A DNA stretch of 63,096 nt, counting the filler, from Aduncisulcus paluster (Eukaryota): the NCBI GenBank assembly GCA_024181965.1. It is 13 parts of 13 records of this genome, joined end to end, with 100 filler letters (N's around TTAATTAATTAA, not from the genome) between each part and the next. Parts side by side here need not be neighbours in the genome. Positions count along the whole stretch, not along the records: positions 54,331 to 55,818 come from BQXS01000198.1; positions 55,919 to 63,096 come from BQXS01000199.1; 11 more parts are not named here. One strand, written 5' to 3'. The translations under genes and the position numbers were made by a program. Below are positions 55,052 through 63,096 of this stretch, piece after piece; positions within the stretch are counted from its first letter, which is position 1; every line of letters starts with the position of its first letter. Below the pieces are notes generated by a model, which was not told the origin of the DNA, did no database searches, and saw only the letters and a program-made list of their open reading frames with translations.

Positions 55052-55918
55052 TTTAAGAAATTAACAGTATAAAAGCAGGGAAATATATAAAATTTTAGAT
55101 GTTAGCACAATCTAAAGGGAAATCATCCAAAAAATAGGCTTGAGTATTCGATTATATGAAAAGTCTATAATCAAGACATTTACAGACTGGCACTGGAGAA
55201 TTAGAAAGAATATTGAAATCAAGTGTACCATATTTATCGTGTAAATGACATTATATTCCTATAAAAACTTTAAATGGTTACAAATTCGGTTCTTTTTTTT
55301 TTTGACTCGGAGGCTAAATAAAAATTCGGTTATTTGTGTCAACCGACTTGATAATCAAGTTAAATCAACTCAAGTTAAAATGTTGTGGATTAATTGATCG
55401 CTATCAGCACAAACCCCTTTATTTGTAATTTATTGCTGTTTCGGAAAAAAGTGTCGTTTTCTCACTTCAAAATTGGAAAATAAATATAAAATAAAATAAA
55501 AAAAAATTGGTTTAAACAGGCTATTATTGTATTTTTTCAATCAAAACATGTGAATATTTCTTTATGTTGGATGTTAAAAAAATCACATTGGTCTTTCTTC
55601 GGAGTTCATGAACCAATTGTGATGGATGCGGGTTAAAATTAATTTCTTGATAAAGAATAATTCAAGGGATACCGGGGGTCATAGTGAAATGACTGAATTA
55701 ATGGTGGCTGATGTTAAAGATTTGCAGAGGGCCATTTTTGTAAAAGCATCCACATATCTAAAGCAATTCCACTTTGATCCACCTACTAGTGCTCCTCCAC
55801 CAACTATTGAATGGCATCNNNNNNNNNNNNNNNNNNNNNNNNNNNNNNNNNNNNNNNNNNNNTTAATTAATTAANNNNNNNNNNNNNNNNNNNNNNNNNN
55901 NNNNNNNNNNNNNNNNNN

Positions 55919-58695
55919 ATGAGAGCGTACTCTCCTCGCTGACTGTGGATGATCTCTCCACCATCACATCTCTCACCATCCCAAACACTGTATCTTCCCT
56001 CACAGGGCTTGAATATGCCGAGCACCTTGAGATCCTTTCGTTTGAGCCTGGGAACACTCTCATCTCTGATCTATCACCCATTGCATCCTTAGCCTCGTTG
56101 TATGTGCTTGAGCTCGATTCGCTTGAAAACATGGATGTATCACTTCTGAGCACATTGACGGATGCTGTCGGTGCTCTGAAGATGGATCTTGAGTCTGACA
56201 CTTCACGCTGGAATGGAACGTCTGAATCGTACTGTGTTGGTCTGTGCTCGTTGCGTTCCTTGGAGATCAGTGGGAGTGATGATTCCATTGGTTCCGATCT
56301 GTCATCATTCACTTCTTTGCTGAACAACATTGCCATGTGCAGTGGTCAGTGTGTCAGCAGTGATGATGATGGAACGAAAGTGTATCCATTGTCATCCACT
56401 CTGACACATCTTGATCTCTCCTCCAATGCTATCTCTGATCCTACCATCGTTTCACTCCAGCCTGGTCTCTCTGGTGTGACTCATCTGACTCTGAGTGACA
56501 ACTCCATCTCTGACCTAGTTCTGTTGCAACAAGCTATTGATGATTCCAATTCCACAATCGCATATGTTGATGTGAGTGACAATAGACTTGATTGTGGGTC
56601 GAGTGTGTCTGAGTGTTTGAATGCACTCGCTGATATCTGTGAGCGGGATATATCTGGATCAGGTGATGGAAATGATGGCGTTGAAGTTGTGTTCGGAGAT
56701 GTGGATGGCTCGTCTGGAGATGTTTCCCAGGATACAACTTCTCCATGTGGATCTAAACCCATTTCTATTTCCTCTATATTCTGTTCTTATTCACAAGATC
56801 ATCTTGTGTGTCAGGTCAATGATTCTGCAGATGATGATGGAAGTGAATATGTATGTGTCTGTGGGTCAGGATACTATGAAGACACTTCATCTGGAGAATG
56901 TGTTTCAGCTGCTACTGTTGTTTCTTCTTCTTCTTCTTCTTCTGCATGCTCCAATTGTGGTGGTGAGCGTGGTACATGTGTGTATGATGCTGACTCTGAC
57001 TCTAGTGATGNNNNNNNNNNNNNNNNNNNNCCCATTTCTATTTCCTCTATATTCTGTTCTTATTCACAAGATCGTCTTGTGTGTCAGGTCAATGATTCTG
57101 CAGATGATGATGGAAGTGAATATGTATGTGTCTGTGGGTCAGGATACTATGAAGACACTTCATCTGGAGAATGTGTTTCAGCTGCTACTGTTGTTTCTTC
57201 TTCTTCTTCTTCTTCTGCATGCTCCAATTGTGGTGGTGAGCGTGGTACATGTGTGTATGATGCTGACTCTGACTCTAGTGATGAATCATTGCCATTCTGT
57301 GAGTGTTCTGATGGATGGTATGGGACTGATTGCTCGTCCATTTGTCCTGTTTCTGACGATCTTGGTTTGTGCAGTGGATCATCTCGTGGAACATGTGATG
57401 CTGCCACCCATATATGTGTGTGTGAGTCTGGGTATTATGGATCTTCATGCGACCTCTATTGTGATAGTTTGTCAAGATGTGGACTGCATGGTCGATGTTC
57501 TGTCGGTGATCTCTCTTCCTCCTCTTCTTCTGAGACATTGTATTGTGAGTGTGATGCTGGATGGAATGGATCAACATGTTTCACTCAATATCCTGTTGAG
57601 ACTGTTGAGTATGTGAATGATGATGATGAAACAAACCCAACTATCGTTGATTATGTATGTGGAATCAATTACTCCACAGATCCATCTTCATCATATTCAG
57701 ACTATGCAATCTATTCATCAGACACTGACACATATTCGTGTGACTGTTCCTCCTATGGTCTCATCACTGATGCATCCACATCCACATGCATTGATCCTGC
57801 GACTCACCCTGAATACAAGGACATTGCTGGAAATGACACAGCTTGCTTGACCTGTGGAACAACCACGGATAGTCATGGCACATGTGTTCTTGGTGAAGGA
57901 GAAGATAGTCTCATAGCCATGTGTCAGTGTGAATATGGATGGGGTAATGATGTGGATGGTGAGAGTAGTTGTTCAGAGAATATATGTGGAACTGTTGGCG
58001 AAGATGAATGTTCCTCCCATGGTTCATGTATATATGATTCTTTTGAGTCCTCATGTTTATGTGATGACGGATGGGGAGGGGTATCGTGCAACATTAAAGA
58101 AAATACTCTTAAGATTCTGATGTGGGTTTGCATTTCTGTTGCCATTGTATCTCTCATTTCTTGTATCATTGGATTTATTCTCTGGTATCATGAATATCGT
58201 TTGGTTCCAGTGACTCAGACTCCCAAGGATGAGAATAACATTCATGAGCTGGATTCTCGAGTTCAAAGCTCTGACATACAACAAATCACCGATATATCTC
58301 CTAAATCTGAGCATATTGAAGACTTTGAACCCCAAATTCATGACAGAAAACAGATTTCCAGCGATAATGATCTTCAATTACCAATCAAATCTCATAAAAT
58401 CGTTGATGTTCGGGATATTCCTTCTCTAGATTCAGATTTTTTGGACGATTCCAAAATCTCGACAGTGACCATCAAGAGAAAGGTGAAAAAATCATCCAAA
58501 TCTACACATTCAAAGAAATCAAAAAAGGACATACATTCTCCGAGAGCTAAATCGAAACACAAAAAGGTAAAATTATCATCTCATGTTCAACCATTACATA
58601 TTTCGTCCGAGGATACTCATTCTCCATCAACAAAGAAACATAAGCGCAAATCTAATGCGAAACAAACAAGAAAAAAGGAATCCAAGGGTATCTAA
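55919..58695 (+). CDS. LRR + EGF-like repeat type I membrane protein, 5' partial; assembly overlap 56758-57010 ~ 57031-57283
   Basis: LRRs (LTHLDLSSNAISD; VTHLTLSDNSISDL), multiple CxCxxGWxGxxC tenascin/teneurin-type EGF repeats, TM ILMWVCISVAIVSLISCIIGFILW and a basic cytoplasmic tail. Confidence 0.88.
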
Positions 58696-59055
58696 ACGAT
58701 TTAATGATCTTCAATTCCGAATTGACAGGAATATCAATAATTCTTTGAAATATAAGGCAATTATCAAGTTTTTATTGTCTTAGATGATGTTGTTGAAAGT
58801 TTTAATAATAAATAGTCTTCATTTCGGTTTTTTCACTCCCGCCTGACAACTTTTTTTTTTGGCCATTAATATTCTTTAAAATAATATAAGAACGAGTAGA
58901 ATAAATTTAAATTAATTCGCAAAAAATCGCAAATCTTGTTTTAATTTTTTGGGTTTATTATTCTTCAAGTTCAGGAATCAAAAAAAATTCTTGAATCGTT
59001 TTTTCCTTCCGTATAATATATCAAAAGAAAACAAATGGCTTGATCAGCTTGTTAC

Positions 59056-59322
59056 ATGCCTTTAGCTTCACTTCTTCTTGTTTTGCTCGCTCAGATATTC
59101 CCATGCTTGCGTCCGCCCGAAGAAAAGAAACAACCCGCCGCCTGTCCTTACAAACCGAGAGTTAGAATTCAACCAAAACCTGTTGTTATTAAACCCAGAC
59201 CCGTTGTTTCCAAACCCACTGAACCACTAGTAAGAACTCCACCTGCCCCTCCTTTGCATACTGCTGTTTCCAAAGAAAGTAGTATCCCAAAGACGTCTGA
59301 ACTTGACAAAAAAGAAGAATAA
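59056..59322 (+). CDS. small Pro/Lys-rich hypothetical protein with hydrophobic N-terminus
   Basis: 88-aa ORF with higher GC than its AT-rich flanks. Confidence 0.45.
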   Translation: MPLASLLLVLLAQIFPCLRPPEEKKQPAACPYKPRVRIQPKPVVIKPRPVVSKPTEPLVRTPPAPPLHTAVSKESSIPKTSELDKKEE

Positions 59323-59839
59323 TTAATTCTCAATGAAGACTCCCTTATAATTTTAGTTTGAAACATTTTATTATTGTTCTTGCTCCTCTGTGACTGTGGT
59401 TGACAGAACCTTTTTGGATGTAAACCGCTGAGAGGACAAAATACGTATTTTAGCATTTATTTTTGTGGATGAAGCTCTGCAGAATGTGTCTAAAATGCTG
59501 TTTTAGGTGCAAATAATGAGATGTTCCTGATAACTACAGCAATAAATATTTCTCGAAAATTTACTAATTTTTTGAATGTGTAATAATGCAATTCCAGAGG
59601 AAAATCCAAAAATAATTAAAAACTGAATTCAATAAAATGATAAAAATCAACAAAAAAAAGGAGGAAAACTATGTTGTTGTTGAGCAAAAAGAGCCAAAAA
59701 AATATTGGAGTGGAAATAAGAAAATAGAATAAAATAGAAAGATACAAGATGAAAGAACATCCAGCCATTCACACATAAAATACTGTAACAAAATAGAATA
59801 TATAATATCCATAAATAGTATAGTAGTTTCTCAATGATT

Positions 59840-61609
59840 CTATTTATAGAATTTAGGCACTGGAGGGGGTCTACTCGAAGGCATGCGAGGCTTTCGAGTA
59901 GAAGGGAGATGGTGTGAAAGTGGAGAAATTGTAATAATGCTTGGATCTGTCTGGCATTCTTGTTCAATCGTTTCTACCAATATTTCTCTTTCTCTCTCCT
60001 TCTTTTTGGGGGATATATGTAATTCTATGCTTGAAGACAGGTATTTGGATGCCAATTTATCGACACAAACTTTTGAAACGTATCGTTCCATATTTTCTAC
60101 CCATTTGGTGACATATTCGCAATTGGATGTCGATTGTTCATAGGCCAGACACACGTGATTCCTGATTTGACTCGATAAGGAGTGCATGTTTCGGCTGAAT
60201 TGCATGACATTCTTGGATTCCTTGTTTTTACAGACCAATACGACAACCATTTTTTCAATTTTGGTCAGATAATCAAGAACGACGTGAACAATATTATCAA
60301 GATCGCCCCGTATGGTCTGTGTTTTAATTCCTTTAGGACCACAAACATCCCCAGTACCCTCAAGAACAGTTTCAGCTATGATCGCATGCGGATATGTCAA
60401 TGAAGACATCCCTAAACGGTGAGATTCTGAGCTTAAGGGGAGTTTAAGCGAGCTGTGGAGTGGATCTTCGTATAAAATAGCACGTTTGGTGGCCTCAAAT
60501 AGCAATTTAAAGTCAATCTCAGCATTTGAGGAGTCTGACATGAATCCTGCCATATCTGAGGTTAATTTTTTATACAAAGTGTCCAATAAAATCATACACG
60601 AATTGATAGATGATACGTGAGTGGCGTAAAGGGAAGATATCTCCGAAATACGATCAAATAAACCAAACATGGTGGTTTCCATCATCTGCACAAGCAAATG
60701 CTGCCGTTCATTCGTTGTTCTGGATGTTTCTTCGGTCTTTCGAACCTCTGAATGCATTGATTTGAGTTGAATGGATAGCGAAGAGATGGTTTCTTTCTTG
60801 GATTTTAGATCATTCTCCACATCGATCCTATAACGCTGATATTCTGAGGTTTGGAGCCGATATTTCTCCTTTAATTCTTCTAATTCTCGCTTTGCATCAC
60901 GTTTTTCTGTCTCACAAAGAGATAAAGAGGACAGTAATGTTGAGTGCTGATTCTGAAGATGTAAATGGGAGGAAGATTCTGATTTTTTGGCTAATTCAAG
61001 GGAGTCAATCTTATCTTGTTGCGATTTAATGGTCGATTTCTGGGTTTCTTTAACACTACTTAGCTCAGAAACCAAGCGAGAGAGTTCTTCTTTTTCTGCT
61101 TCCAATTTCTCACAAATAGCGGTCGTATATTCGGAATTTTCCTTCGCGTCATCTTCTAATGTACGTTTACCTTGTTGTAATTGTGAAATTTTCGATTTAT
61201 ATTTCTCAATTTCATCACTTTGAGTGGCAATAATGGATTTTTGGGAAATAGTCGCCAATCTTTCTCGCTCAAGTTGTTGGCCCAATAATTTCACTTGTTC
61301 TTCTAATTTCTTATTTGTGTGTAATGCTTTTGCTCTTGATTCGGTGCTAGATGCCAGTAAAGACTGCAATCGAGACACTTCGACTTTATGAACCTCTTCC
61401 AACGTGGAATTGGTGGTTTTACAGGCAAGTAATTCTGATTGTAATTCCTGAATATGAGCATTTAATGTTTCATATGCTAAAGATGACAATTGAATAGAAC
61501 TTTTCACTTGGGAAGCTGAAATATGAGAAGAAGACGACAAGACATCATCTTCTCCTGGGTTTTCAACATCAAAATCGAAATTTTGTGTTAATTTATAACC
61601 TGGATCCAT
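59840..61609 (-). CDS. long coiled-coil hypothetical protein
   Basis: ORF of ~590 aa with a heptad-rich N-terminal 300 aa. First ATG is at 61609. Confidence 0.75.
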   Translation of the reverse strand: MDPGYKLTQNFDFDVENPGEDDVLSSSSHISASQVKSSIQLSSLAYETLNAHIQELQSELLACKTTNSTLEEVHKVEVSRLQSLLASSTESRAKALHTNKKLEEQVKLLGQQLERERLATISQKSIIATQSDEIEKYKSKISQLQQGKRTLEDDAKENSEYTTAICEKLEAEKEELSRLVSELSSVKETQKSTIKSQQDKIDSLELAKKSESSSHLHLQNQHSTLLSSLSLCETEKRDAKRELEELKEKYRLQTSEYQRYRIDVENDLKSKKETISSLSIQLKSMHSEVRKTEETSRTTNERQHLLVQMMETTMFGLFDRISEISSLYATHVSSINSCMILLDTLYKKLTSDMAGFMSDSSNAEIDFKLLFEATKRAILYEDPLHSSLKLPLSSESHRLGMSSLTYPHAIIAETVLEGTGDVCGPKGIKTQTIRGDLDNIVHVVLDYLTKIEKMVVVLVCKNKESKNVMQFSRNMHSLSSQIRNHVCLAYEQSTSNCEYVTKWVENMERYVSKVCVDKLASKYLSSSIELHISPKKKEREREILVETIEQECQTDPSIITISPLSHHLPSTRKPRMPSSRPPPVPKFYK

Positions 61610-61740
61610 TGATATTGTTACAAAATTCACGTTTTCAAATTCCCTCTTTATTGAGTTTATTATGTGTAAATATTTATGTGGATATCGTCATTATACATGA
61701 AATAGTGGAATATATTTGCCCAATACCCAAGATGAATGAT

Positions 61741-63096
61741 TTATTCGAACCACTTGATGAGAGTGGCTTTGATGGCCTCATATACAACACCAACAGTGCC
61801 TACTTCAAGGTATTCCTCTGGAGTGTGGGGGTTAGCGATAGTGGGACCAACACTGACAGCGTCCAATGTGGGGTAAGATCTTGTGAACATTCCACACTCA
61901 AGACCCGCATGGATTGCAGCGACTGATACTTCCTTTCCGTATTTATCCTCGTAACACTTCTTCATAACAGCCAAAAGATCGGAGGAAGGGTTTGGTTTCC
62001 ATCCACAGTAAGGATCCAGAGGCTCACTGACAGTGCAATAACCAGTAGCCAAAGCAATGGTTGCTATCTTCTTGTACACGATATCAAGGGAGCTATTGAC
62101 AGAAGACCTGGGGTGGAGATGGATGATAAACTCACCTTCTTCGTTCATCTTGATGGAAGCAAGATTGCAACTTGTCTCCACAAGACCAGCAACATCAGCA
62201 CTCATGCGAATGACTCCATGGGGCAATGAGAGGAGTAAAGAGACCAATTGAGTGGAAGACTCGGCTGTAAGAGGACTATCGGTGTCAGATGATCCCTCTT
62301 CAACCTCAATGACCATCTCAGGGTCGGAGGTGCCATACTCAGCAATCAAATCAGTGGCAGCAGCTTTCATAGCAGCAACGTACTTATCCTTGTCCTCAAC
62401 TGTGGCAAAACATAAGTCACATTCACAGGAACGAGGGATAGCGTTGGGTTTAGAGCCTCCAACGATTGTGATAATCTCAGCTTTCTGGTCACAACAGGCA
62501 AGAAGAGTGGCAACGACACGAATGGCACTGGCACGGGGCTGTTGGATCTCAACTCCACTGTGGCCACCTGTACATTGCTTCACGGAGATATGGACAGGAT
62601 TGGAAGGAGCTTTGGAACAACGGGAGGGAGAATACTTCAAAGAAACTTCAATTCCTCCGGCAGAACCAATGGTGATCTCACCAATATCTTCAGAATCAAT
62701 GTTGATCATAGATGTGGCCTTGAAAAGGCCGGGTTCAAGCTTCTCAGCACCAGACATCGTGGTCTCTTCATCAACAGTGCATAACAACTCCATACGACCA
62801 GTGTTCTTGGCTAAATCTTTGTCAAGAAGAATGGATAAACCCATGGCAACACCAATTCCATTATCAGCACCTAAAGTAGTCCCTTGGGCCATAAGACATT
62901 GTTTACCATTAATATCTTTAAATTGAAGCTTAATAGGATCCTTAGAATCGTCATATTCAACTCCTTCACTGCATTCAAGAACCATATCCATATGAGCTTG
63001 CATAATAATGGGCTTTTTGGCTTCATATCCAGGAGCAGCAGGTCTAGCAATCAACAAATTTCCACTGCATTCCTCAACCTTATACTCAAGAGAATA
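61741..63096 (-). CDS. pepD: aminoacyl-histidine dipeptidase PepD (peptidase M20C), 5' partial
   Basis: Motifs QAHMDMV, TTLGADNGIG, TVDEETTMSGA, INIDSED, GSAGG, GGHSG, LVETSCNL, IHAGLECG and GPTIANPHTPEE. Confidence 0.93.
   Translation of the reverse strand, partial: YSLEYKVEECSGNLLIARPAAPGYEAKKPIIMQAHMDMVLECSEGVEYDDSKDPIKLQFKDINGKQCLMAQGTTLGADNGIGVAMGLSILLDKDLAKNTGRMELLCTVDEETTMSGAEKLEPGLFKATSMINIDSEDIGEITIGSAGGIEVSLKYSPSRCSKAPSNPVHISVKQCTGGHSGVEIQQPRASAIRVVATLLACCDQKAEIITIVGGSKPNAIPRSCECDLCFATVEDKDKYVAAMKAAATDLIAEYGTSDPEMVIEVEEGSSDTDSPLTAESSTQLVSLLLSLPHGVIRMSADVAGLVETSCNLASIKMNEEGEFIIHLHPRSSVNSSLDIVYKKIATIALATGYCTVSEPLDPYCGWKPNPSSDLLAVMKKCYEDKYGKEVSVAAIHAGLECGMFTRSYPTLDAVSVGPTIANPHTPEEYLEVGTVGVVYEAIKATLIKWFE

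Noticed and set aside
55626-55818. Partial ORF MRVKINFLIKNN... at the contig end
   Set aside because: It is too short and truncated to assign; it may be a real gene start but cannot be supported.
56621-57616. Long alternative-frame and antisense ORFs (also 33848-34702, 62252-62926, 31665-32372, 4146-4829)
   Set aside because: These are shadows of real coding frames or low-complexity sequence and have no recognisable motifs.

Overview
This is eukaryotic draft-genome DNA, not one contiguous locus. It is 13 contigs/scaffolds joined by 12 artificial 100-nt linkers (44 N + TTAATTAATTAA + 44 N). Six internal 20-N gaps have duplicated, unmerged flanks. Gene content points to a gene-dense flagellated fornicate (metamonad) protist, most likely a Carpediemonas-like organism such as Aduncisulcus; this is inference from remembered family sequences, as no search was run. 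Supporting features are a Giardia-type cyst wall protein, DNAI1, CCDC42/CFAP73, short GTATGT..AG introns, the standard genetic code and bacterial-type SsnA and PepD. Recognisable housekeeping genes include RAD23, SPC3, BuGZ/ZNF207, glycogen debranching enzyme, DMAP1/Swc4-like, ATG14/UVRAG-like, HSP70, PAC3, RRP9, CDC123, SF3A2 and ESF2. Accessory content includes a BPI/LBP-fold gene with a frameshift, a very long LRR protein built from reshuffled near-identical 66-bp cassettes, an LRR-EGF-TM receptor, a lineage-type kinase, a tandem-domain pseudogene and Ty3/gypsy retrotransposons. The retrotransposons include a gag/pro -1 overlap and a chromodomain-bearing element whose 3' LTR is nested in the RT of another element. 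No single multi-gene novel system can be supported, because neighbouring contigs are not physically linked. The best leads are the LRR cassette shuffling, eukaryotic SsnA, the cyst wall protein homolog and the nested chromovirus.
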